DNA from: Thermofilum adornatum
GTDB lineage: Archaea > Thermoproteota > Thermoprotei > Thermofilales > Thermofilaceae
DNA length: 32,000 bases
Assembly (NCBI RefSeq): GCF_000446015.1
Contig: NC_022093.1
Coordinates: 690,001 to 722,000, forward strand
Direction: 5' to 3'
Of this stretch, positions 1 to 6,978 are shown one piece after another. The notes below the pieces were generated by a model. That model saw only the letters and a list, made by a program, of their open reading frames with translations. It searched no databases and was not told the DNA's origin. Every line of letters begins with the position of its first letter. Within the stretch, counting starts at the first letter, position 1. Position numbers and translations under genes: made by a program.

Positions 1-740
1 TGCCCCGGCAACGACGAAAATGACTGAGGAAAGGATAGCAGGACCCAAGCCCAATACAGCTCCCCCAAAGGAAAACGGGGCAACACGTCCAAAACCTCCC
101 TGGGCAAACTAGCCCCTGGAAAAAGCTGGGGTACAATCTGCAGGATACCGGCCAAGCTCAAAAAGACAAACCACACAGCCGTCTGGACCCCTCTCAAAAA
201 CAAGCTCCTCGTATACTTCCCCCCAAGGGACCCCGCAATATAGCCAATGCCAAAAGCCAACAAGAGAACCGAGAAAGCCTCCACCAGGCCCCAGAAAATC
301 AGGCCCCACATCTTGAAATACAGCGAGACCACTATGACCCCCGGAATCACCAGAAACGGCACCGAGGCGCCGCCAAGATACACCCCCACCAGGAGAAGGG
401 CAATCCTAAGGTCCCACTCGTCCACCGGCATAAAAGAAATGGGCTTCAAAAGGTCTTCGCTAAGAATAGTATTTGTAGCCGCAGTCACGGCGAAGGCGCC
501 AAAAAAGAGCCCGAGAAGGCCGAGAGCCCCCATAAGCAAGGGGAGCGCACCTATATCAGACAAAAACATTACAGAAGACACTACAGACAAAAAACTCATA
601 AACAGGATGCCCACGGCCATAGACCCAGAGAAAAACCCTCCAAGAAAATACTTTCTCCCAGATACCCCAGACCCAAACTTCCTAGATGCACGGTAAGCAG
701 TCTCCCTAACAAGAACCCTGGACAGCTCCCTCCAGCCCAT
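1..740 (-). CDS. ABC-2-type transporter permease (3' end cut by window edge)
   Basis: Absent from the ORF track because it runs off the window. The reverse-strand frame opens at ATG 740-738, sharing one base with the TGA of the upstream ATPase (TGATG), and stays open to position 1. Hand translation MGWRELSRVLVRETAYRASRKFGSGVSGRKYFLGGFFSGSMAVGILFMSFLSVVSSVMFLSDIGALPLLMGALGLLGLFFGAFAVTAATN... is a multi-span hydrophobic protein. Confidence 0.7.
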   Translation of the reverse strand, partial: MGWRELSRVLVRETAYRASRKFGSGVSGRKYFLGGFFSGSMAVGILFMSFLSVVSSVMFLSDIGALPLLMGALGLLGLFFGAFAVTAATNTILSEDLLKPISFMPVDEWDLRIALLLVGVYLGGASVPFLVIPGVIVVSLYFKMWGLIFWGLVEAFSVLLLAFGIGYIAGSLGGKYTRSLFLRGVQTAVWFVFLSLAGILQIVPQLFPGASLPREVLDVLPRFPLGELYWAWVLLSFPQSFSSLPG

Positions 741-1498
741 CAGAACCCCCACAGCAACCTAATCATCTCCTTAACCTCGTCGCTGAGGCCAGTAGCCCTA
801 AGAAAAACTGACTCCAGGTCGGGCGCCGAAAGCCTCTCCTTTAGCTCCTTCGGGGACCCCGCTCCCACAACCCTCCCCCTACTCAAAATAACAACATTGT
901 CAGCTACAGCCTCGGCAATCTCGAGAATATGAGTAGAAAACACGACGGTCCTCCCCTCACTTGCAAGCTTCCTCAAAAGCTCCTTGAGAATCCTCCCAGA
1001 CTCCGGGTCGAGACCATTAAAAGGCTCATCCAAAATGAGCACCGCAGGCTCGTGGAGAAGGGCCAAAATCAGCGAAAGCTTCCTCTTGTTCCCCAAGCTC
1101 AGCTCCCCACAAAGCTTCCCCACCTGGTCCCCAAGCTTAAAAAGCCTCACAAGACGCTCAATCCTCTCCCTCAAAAACCCGTTGGGAATCCCATATATCG
1201 AGCTAACAAACGAGAACAGCTCACCAGGAGTCAAACTCTCATAAAGAACAACCTCCTCCGGACAATACCCAACGATCCGCCTAGCAGAAACCGGATCCCG
1301 CACAGGGTCAACGCCACCAACCACAACACGCCCAGAATCAGGTCTCACGAGGCCGAGAGCCATCTTCATAAGCGTACTCTTACCCGACCCATTAGGACCC
1401 AGCAACGCGTGGACAACACCCGGCCTAAACTCCACGGAAACACCGTCCAAAACAACATTGCCCCCAAACCTTTTGGACACACCCTGATAAATCAGCAT
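740..1498 (-). CDS. ABC transporter ATP-binding protein (ABC-2/DrrA-like)
   Basis: 252 aa with Walker A GPNGSGKST, signature LSLGNKRKL, Walker B LILDEPFNGLD and an H-loop STHILE. Confidence 0.9.
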   Translation of the reverse strand: MLIYQGVSKRFGGNVVLDGVSVEFRPGVVHALLGPNGSGKSTLMKMALGLVRPDSGRVVVGGVDPVRDPVSARRIVGYCPEEVVLYESLTPGELFSFVSSIYGIPNGFLRERIERLVRLFKLGDQVGKLCGELSLGNKRKLSLILALLHEPAVLILDEPFNGLDPESGRILKELLRKLASEGRTVVFSTHILEIAEAVADNVVILSRGRVVGAGSPKELKERLSAPDLESVFLRATGLSDEVKEMIRLLWGF

Positions 1499-1646
1499 AC
1501 CATATCACTATATAACTAAAACTTCGACTTTATAAACCTATTTATAAATCCCAGCGTCAAACTACAGCAACTCGCCTGAAATGCCAGCTAAACATTGAAG
1601 CAAGCTCTAGAAAAACATATATGCATGTGTTACAAAAAATACATGT

Positions 1647-1889
1647 ATGGCAATCATTACCGTAAGGATCCCCGAAGAACTAAAAAAGAAAATGCGCGAA
1701 ATAGACATAAACTGGAGCGAATACATCAGATCCGCCATAGAGAAAAGAATAGAAGAAGAAAAAAGAAAAAACATAGCCAAAGCAGTCCTACTAAACGAGA
1801 AACTCAGAAAAAAATCCAAGGGCGAACCACCCGCCGAAGAGATCATACGAACATTCAGGGAAAGCCGCTATGGAGACAGTGGTAATTGA
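1647..1889 (+). CDS. vapB: Ribbon-helix-helix (CopG/VapB-like) antitoxin
   Basis: 80 aa. The N-terminus MAIITVRIPEELKKKMREIDINWSEYIRSAIEKRI has a strand-helix-helix pattern. It overlaps the downstream PIN gene by 20 nt. Confidence 0.75.
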   Translation: MAIITVRIPEELKKKMREIDINWSEYIRSAIEKRIEEEKRKNIAKAVLLNEKLRKKSKGEPPAEEIIRTFRESRYGDSGN

Positions 1890-2292
1890 CGCAAGCGTAG
1901 CAGTCAAGTGGTTCGTAGAAGAACACGGCACACAAAAAGCACTAGAACTAAGAGACCGCTACATAGATGGAGAACTAAAACTTATAGCCCCCCAACTATT
2001 CCCATATGAAGTACTAAACGTCCTGCGCTACAAACACCTCTTCACAATAGACGAGCTAAAAACAATAGGCGAAGCCCTCGAGGCCTATTCCATAGACCTA
2101 TATCCACTAGTCGGGAAACTCCGTGACACAACAATCCAAACAGCACACGAAAACAACATAACAATCTACGACGCCTCATACATTGCACTAGCCATAATCA
2201 AAAACACAACACTTTACACCGCAGACAAAAAACTAAAAAACAAACTCACGCCCCAACTTAGACAACTAGTCAAAACACTAGACGAAATCTAA
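1870..2292 (+). CDS. vapC: PIN-domain ribonuclease toxin VapC
   Basis: 140 aa with acidic PIN positions VVIDASVAVKW, IYDASYIALA and LYTADKKL. Paired with the upstream small RHH gene. Confidence 0.85.
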   Translation: METVVIDASVAVKWFVEEHGTQKALELRDRYIDGELKLIAPQLFPYEVLNVLRYKHLFTIDELKTIGEALEAYSIDLYPLVGKLRDTTIQTAHENNITIYDASYIALAIIKNTTLYTADKKLKNKLTPQLRQLVKTLDEI

Positions 2293-2802
2293 CACAAACC
2301 CCCTCCCAACCCCTAAGCAAAACATTTTTGAGATAGCGCCTCCCTTTAAGCCTTCTCCTTGGAAACCCTCCTCAGCTAACGAGAAAACCTCGACCCTTCT
2401 AAGACTCCCTAAAACTTCTCAATCCTACCGAGCCTGCTCCCCTTGTCTCTGAGACCCTCCACTCTCGCCTCCCCCGACTCCTCCAGAAGGCTTCTCAGAG
2501 CCAGAAGACAATTTTTCAAGGTGCTCCAGTATGCGACCGCGCGCGCAGATTCTACTTCACCGTCAACTTCGCCTGAGCCCACGCCCCAGCAGCAACCAGG
2601 GAAGGAATATTGTTTTCTCCCAAGGCTTCCACTTAAAAACCTCGACAATGGGGGACTAAAACTCAAATATTTTTAATGAACGTGATGGGAGAAAAGCCTC
2701 GCATATGCTACCAAGAGGTATTTCTCGCATCACCCTAAACTCTTGATTTAAGAGTTTCTACTGGGAATATAAGCAGGCCAGAAACATTAATGTTGAAAAA
2801 AT

Positions 2803-3465
2803 ATGAGTGAAAATATACCACCCCTAGAAGGCATAAAAGTTGCCGAGCTAGCCATAAAGCTACGCAAATACTTTGACACGGTTTATGGCGCCCACATCTT
2901 CCTCTCTATAGGTACTGTGATAGCATCGTACTGGATGATAATCTTTGCTACAGCTACTGTCTTCAACCTCTTCGAGTCGCTAACCTTTTGGCTTGGGGCT
3001 CTAATCTTAATGTGGGTCCTTATACCCTTCTCTATGCGGCTCGTTCCCTATCCTTCACCTATAAAAACAGCCTCTATTGTGAAAAAGCTTTCCGCCTGGG
3101 TTCTGCCATTTATCATACTATACACAGCTAGCATTTCATTAATCCTTTCCAAAGATCCTCTATTAACCGATATGGGAAAAACCCTCAACATGGGTGGCGC
3201 TGGGTGGTACCTGGCCGTCACACTAGACCTGCTTTTAAACCACTTTGTCTGGGAGAAGCAAGCATATAATAAAGGACAAATTCTAGCAAAACCCTTCCTG
3301 ATCGCAGGAGTCTTTATGCTGGCAACATCTCCGGCAGTCTACTATTTTGGACACCTATATATTGGCGCGGGAAACATCTTGGCCGTCGGGCTAACGCTTC
3401 TCGGCTACGGGATTGCCGCCTTTATCTCTATACGTAAAGCCTACAGGTGGCTCCAAGGTGCATAA
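2803..3465 (+). CDS. Hypothetical multi-span membrane protein
   Basis: 220 aa ORF with several long hydrophobic segments and an ATG start. No family recognised. Confidence 0.55.
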   Translation: MSENIPPLEGIKVAELAIKLRKYFDTVYGAHIFLSIGTVIASYWMIIFATATVFNLFESLTFWLGALILMWVLIPFSMRLVPYPSPIKTASIVKKLSAWVLPFIILYTASISLILSKDPLLTDMGKTLNMGGAGWYLAVTLDLLLNHFVWEKQAYNKGQILAKPFLIAGVFMLATSPAVYYFGHLYIGAGNILAVGLTLLGYGIAAFISIRKAYRWLQGA

Positions 3466-3475
3466 GACCAATGAC

Positions 3476-3784
3476 GTGGCTTACCTGCTCAGAAACTTAA
3501 ACAGCGAACTCTTCAACTCGAAACGCTTCATGATAGTTTCGCTACTCTACATATTTGGAAAAATGAAGCTCTCAGAGCTAAGGAAAATACTCGACCTGTC
3601 ATGGGGAGACCTAGACACCCACATAAAGAAACTAGTTGAACAAGGCTACGTAGAGCTCTGGAAAGAGCCAGGCGAGAAAAAAGTACTGGAGACAGTTGCC
3701 TACCTAACCGAAAAGGGTAGGCAAGAGTACGAGAAACTATACGACGTCCTTAGGGCTATCTCATCCCAGATAGAGACAAAATAA
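3476..3784 (+). CDS. Small winged-helix DNA-binding protein (ArsR/MarR-like fold)
   Basis: The ORF track frame is 3413..3784 with a TTG start inside the upstream gene. GTG 3476, just after the upstream stop, gives about 102 aa. The pattern MKLSELRKILDLSWGDLDTHIKKLVEQGYVELWKE...VAYLTEKGRQEY is typical of wHTH. The start is uncertain. Confidence 0.6.
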   Translation: MAYLLRNLNSELFNSKRFMIVSLLYIFGKMKLSELRKILDLSWGDLDTHIKKLVEQGYVELWKEPGEKKVLETVAYLTEKGRQEYEKLYDVLRAISSQIETK

Positions 3785-4060
3785 TATTTCTTTGTTTTTT
3801 GTACGGAACATGCCCTGCGGAGCGCGCACTACTTCCCCGTCGAGGCCCTACCAGAACAACTCCAAGCAGTCTCCCGACTACTCCCACAGACATATGCGAT
3901 GAGAATAGCGAGGCTGGCGCTCCTACAAGGCCTCGGGCTCAGCAGCCTCTGGCAAGACTTCGCAGCCTTAACACTCTCCGCCTTAATCCTGTTCCCCCTA
4001 GGAGTATCTCTATACAGGTACTCCATCGACCTAGTACGGGTAAAGACACTAGTCGAATAA
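3785..4060 (+). pseudogene. C-terminal remnant of an ABC-2 permease (no start, N-terminal two thirds missing)
   Basis: Open frame found by hand: ...ALRSAHYFPVEALPEQLQAVSRLLPQTYAMRIARLALLQGLGLSSLWQDFAALTLSALILFPLGVSLYRYSIDLVRVKTLVE*. It aligns in pattern with the C-terminus of the intact permease at 23764..24516 (LYFPLEVLPGHLRVAVMLNPPSLAVELVRRAIISG...). The only in-frame ATG leaves about 52 codons. Confidence 0.6.
3795..3800 (+). terminator. Oligo-T tract after the wHTH gene
   Basis: tttctttgtttttt lies directly after the TAA at 3782-3784. Archaeal termination commonly uses oligo-T runs. Confidence 0.3.
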
Positions 4061-4431
4061 ACCCATACAGGCAGGCCAGCGCGCCCAATACAACCTAGCC
4101 CTATAAAAACAGCCCACAGCCTCGGTGCATAGAAACTTCAGAACGCAACACTCCCTTAGAAATACCGTTACATACCGTTCCGTAACGGTAAATTTACAGG
4201 AAGCAATCCGTTATCAACATTGAATAGACAAGACAGAAAGCAAGCACCTCGAATACAAGCAGGCCCTCTCCAGCTTCGACTCCATACTAGCCACCATCTC
4301 CGCTTTAGCCAAAACATGGTAAGGATGAATACACATAAGCGTCAACTATGGAAAAACAGTGGGCGTCTATATGGGCAGGGACCCCTCAAAGAACCTGCAA
4401 ACAACTTATCCCAAAGACCCAGCCCCATACG

Positions 4432-5343
4432 CTACCCACATTCACTGCCTACGCCTAAAGTTCCTAACGAGGAACATTGTCCCCCATACTCCGTCTTCAA
4501 CAACAAGTTCTCCCTCACCAGCCCCTCAATAAGCCCCACGGGGTCCTCAACCCTGCCTACCAGTGCCTCCACGGCCTCCCCATACCTCAAAGGATGAACA
4601 GCACACGTATTCAAAAGCCACGCAACAGGGTCCCCACTGACCAGCCTCGGGGGAGGCTCCGGCATATTCAAGAGCTCCACCCTACCGGAGCCCAGGACCC
4701 CCTGAAACTCCTCGTAGGCCTCCACAAGCTCCCTCTCCGTGGGCGGCTCGACAAAGGACTCCGCAGGCGTCCTTATAGGTACAGAGATATATGCTTTAGA
4801 CAGCCTCAGCCCCCTGAGAAAAGTGGCTATGTCCCTATACACCCCCTTATCCGTGTTCACGCCCCTAACAAACATTGTCTCAGAGATCAGCGTCCCCTTG
4901 TAGGATGACGAAAACTCCCTTATCCCATCTAGGACCCTCTCCAGCACCAGCGACGGGTGCGGCCTATTTATCCTCCTCCAAACCCTTTCCGACACGCTGT
5001 CAACCTTCACCGAGACAACGTCGGCCTGCTCCAAGTCCCTACACACATCCTCCATCCACAACAAGGAAGCATTGGTCAAGACAGCCACCCTGACACCAGT
5101 CTCCCCCTTAACAAACTCTATAATCCTGCCCATACAAGCGTCCAGGGTCGGCTCACCATCCGGAACAAAAGTCACATAGTCAACACTATCCCTATTCCTC
5201 GACACGAAGTCCACAACCTCTCCAGCCACGTCCCTCCAGTCATAGAAACACTTCCTCTCAACACTCAACCTAGCCGTCCGCCCAAGCTGACAATACACAC
5301 AGCTATACGTACAAGTCTTATAAGGAATATTATTAACCCCCAA
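4432..5343 (-). CDS. Radical SAM protein
   Basis: 303 aa with CTYSCVYCQ (a CxxxCxxC cluster motif), then DYVTFVPDGEPTLD and VAVLTNASLL. The track start is TTG, and conserved-looking sequence continues upstream (see findings). Confidence 0.85.
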   Translation of the reverse strand: MGVNNIPYKTCTYSCVYCQLGRTARLSVERKCFYDWRDVAGEVVDFVSRNRDSVDYVTFVPDGEPTLDACMGRIIEFVKGETGVRVAVLTNASLLWMEDVCRDLEQADVVSVKVDSVSERVWRRINRPHPSLVLERVLDGIREFSSSYKGTLISETMFVRGVNTDKGVYRDIATFLRGLRLSKAYISVPIRTPAESFVEPPTERELVEAYEEFQGVLGSGRVELLNMPEPPPRLVSGDPVAWLLNTCAVHPLRYGEAVEALVGRVEDPVGLIEGLVRENLLLKTEYGGQCSSLGTLGVGSECG

Positions 5344-5752
5344 ACTACGGCCAAGACGCCTCGAAAAAACAGGTCCAAAAACATACCCACCCGTATAAAC
5401 ACCACCATCAATAACACCATGCTAAAATTAAAACCTTCCCCTAACCCAAAAACAAGCCCTGAGAAAAGTCTCCACAGCACTCCTAGCAATACTAGTATTG
5501 ACACAGACCATTATCCTAGCCCCACAACCGCACAAGAACAACAACTGCGCGGTGCGCGGCTCGCTGGACACACAGTCATAATGGTCATAGCCAAGCATAA
5601 AGAAATCTAGCTTGTGACACATGACAAGTACTCGCCACAAACCTTATTGTAATATTTATAAATGATTACATAGTTGCAAAGAGTTCCTCTGCTTTCTTGG
5701 GCATAACATACCGCTTCATACCAAAGAGCTAAGCCTACTAGAAATGTGATTG

Positions 5753-5773
5753 ACCCCTGGATTTCTACTGGAG
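5753..5773 (-). promoter_or_regulatory. ORB-like box a
   Basis: The reverse complement reads CTCCAGTAGAAATCCAGGGGT, which is 18/21 identical to box c. It has a dyad-like core plus a G-string. Confidence 0.55.
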
Positions 5774-5840
5774 TAGAATAAAAAAGCAAGGCATAATATA
5801 TTCTCTTTTACTCTACTCACAAGTTTTTCTTTAATATAGT
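5774..5840. other. AT-rich spacer between inverted boxes a and b (candidate unwinding element)
   Basis: 67 bp with 16 G/C by hand count (24 % GC). Flanked by boxes a (- orientation) and b (+ orientation), with both G-strings distal. Confidence 0.45.
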
Positions 5841-5861
5841 TTCCACTTGAAATAGAGGGGT
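5841..5861 (+). promoter_or_regulatory. ORB-like box b
   Basis: TTCCACTTGAAATAGAGGGGT, 18/21 identical to box c. Confidence 0.55.
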
Positions 5862-5938
5862 CTGAGAAGATTATACATGCTACGGGGATTTTTCAACCGT
5901 ATAACTGTATAATGGGGATGGGAAAAGGGGTTTAAATA

Positions 5939-5959
5939 ACCCCTCTATTTCCACTGGAG
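5939..5959 (-). promoter_or_regulatory. ORB-like box c
   Basis: The reverse complement reads CTCCAGTGGAAATAGAGGGGT: a TCCAGTGGA dyad, an A-rich linker and a GGGG string. Confidence 0.6.
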
Positions 5960-6190
5960 TTTTGGAAACGGACAAGTTCGGGCTCTTTATGGTGTTATTC
6001 ACAGTCTTCATTATCTTTTTATCTTTAGTTTAGCAGAAAAATATCTGTTAAAAAAACAGAGAATTTTCCATGATTATACAGTTTCAACAATTGCTGTTGC
6101 ATCTCTGATTTCGGAACCGTAACATAATCCTATACCTCTAATGAGAGAAACGTGAGATCAAATAGCTGCGCATTGTAGATGGATTTTTTC

Positions 6191-6199
6191 TAGCGCGCT
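6191..6199. repeat. Short form of the GC palindrome (TAGCGCGCT)
   Basis: tctagcgcgcttgaa, within the origin-like spacer. Confidence 0.5.
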
Positions 6200-6294
6200 T
6201 GAAACTGCACTATGCTTTTTAGAACCGATGTATACTATACCATACAATGACCGAGCAATAACAACCCGTATCATATGAATGGAAGCAGGTAACA

Positions 6295-6687
6295 ATGTTC
6301 CGAAAATACATGAAGGAACTCAGCCCGACAATCACGAAGGGCGAGGAACCGGGAAGCGAAGACTCTCTGCGGATTATGGTGGCCAAGAACGGCGTGAGGA
6401 CACTTGCCTTGTCTTTGCTGAGGAGATTGAAGCAGGATAAAGAGGATAATCAAAGGAAATACGCCGAGTATGTCTTGGAGGTGGACATCGACCAGCCTGA
6501 GACCGCTGCGTCGCTCTCTATGAAGATCCAGGACTACGACATGGTGCCTAGTCTTGGCTGGCTAGCCGAACCGGTGATAACAACGACCAATAGTGTGAGG
6601 GAGAATGGTTTCGAACGCACGGTCGAGCTTATACTCGAGGGTATCAAGTCTTTCATAATGAGCAAGGTAAAACTCGAAAGGTTATAA
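6295..6687 (+). CDS. Hypothetical protein (orphan, adjacent to the origin-like region)
   Basis: 130 aa ORF with an ATG start and a purine-rich stretch ggaagcaggt 5-14 nt upstream. An oligo-T tract follows the stop. No family recognised. Confidence 0.5.
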   Translation: MFRKYMKELSPTITKGEEPGSEDSLRIMVAKNGVRTLALSLLRRLKQDKEDNQRKYAEYVLEVDIDQPETAASLSMKIQDYDMVPSLGWLAEPVITTTNSVRENGFERTVELILEGIKSFIMSKVKLERL

Positions 6688-6698
6688 AAACTAAATTA

Positions 6699-6704
6699 TT
6701 TTTT
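6699..6704 (+). terminator. Oligo-T tract after 6295..6687
   Basis: aaattattttttgtag lies 12 nt after the stop codon. Confidence 0.3.
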
Positions 6705-6885
6705 GTAGTAGTATTCGGCGCTCGCTGTTTCTCTAGTGTCTTAGCTTTTTCTCTTTGCTGGCTTGATTCTTGGGCTTGGCGGTGTCCTGCTCTTGGGTAT
6801 TACGGGTGGATGGTTGGGGTGCCTAGTTTTAGTATTTGTTGTCGATGTTGTATTGGCTATATATGAAACGCACTGTGTTGACGCT

Positions 6886-6895
6886 AGCGCGCGCT
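6886..6895. repeat. AGCGCGCGCT palindrome, copy 1
   Basis: gacgcTAGCGCGCGCTtagg, upstream of the second vapB. Confidence 0.7.
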
Positions 6896-6950
6896 TAGGT
6901 CTCTTGTGTATATTTTTCACGCTGAGTATTAGAAAAGGTTTTATGTATGT

Positions 6951-6970
6951 CCGTATATACGTATATACGG
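6951..6970. promoter_or_regulatory. Perfect 20-bp palindrome, candidate operator/TATA region of vapBC-2
   Basis: CCGTATATACGTATATACGG equals its own reverse complement and ends 8 nt before the vapB ATG at 6979. Confidence 0.5.
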
Positions 6971-6978
6971 GTGTCTGG

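Larger units (their letters stand above)
5600..6290. other. Candidate replication origin (oriC-like region)
   Basis: About 690 bp, gene-free and AT-rich. It contains three 21-bp ORB-like boxes and lies where the + strand changes from A+C-rich to G+T-rich. Confidence 0.6.

Noticed and set aside
929-1519. Long antisense ORFs opposite real genes: 929..1519, 4957..5610, 8127..8696, 9447..10013, 11124..11825, 20878..21516, 26635..27384 and 27946..28719.
   Set aside because: Each lies opposite a gene with clear family motifs and has low-complexity Pro/Thr/Ser/Arg-rich or Ser/Leu-rich translations. The strong strand skew depletes stop codons on the complementary strand, which explains their length.
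2409-2676. ORFs 2409..2666 (-) and 2443..2676 (+) in the 510-bp spacer after vapC-1.
   Set aside because: They overlap each other and are low-complexity, with no recognisable motifs. I cannot say either is coding. The spacer may hold debris or regulatory DNA, including a (CG)4 core at 2538-2546.
5428-5640. 70-aa Cys-containing ORF upstream of the radical-SAM gene, considered as a possible RiPP precursor.
   Set aside because: It has a TTG start inside the AT-rich origin-like region. The radical-SAM protein shows no SPASM-type extra cluster motifs, and the ORF composition matches the local skew artefact.
5753-5959. The repeated 21-mers considered as a degenerate CRISPR array or a MITE with terminal inverted repeats.
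   Set aside because: There are only three copies, in mixed orientation, with irregular spacing (88 and 98 bp start to start) and 3 mismatches each. No cas genes or target-site duplication are present. The dyad plus G-string layout fits origin recognition boxes better.
6763-6978. N-terminal extensions of track ORFs 6763..7263 and 8996..9433.
   Set aside because: The extensions are hydrophobic or Cys-rich with no similarity to the recognisable domain. They cover promoter-like palindromes, TATA elements and the GC palindrome. Internal ATGs at 6979 and 9041 give proteins of normal length.
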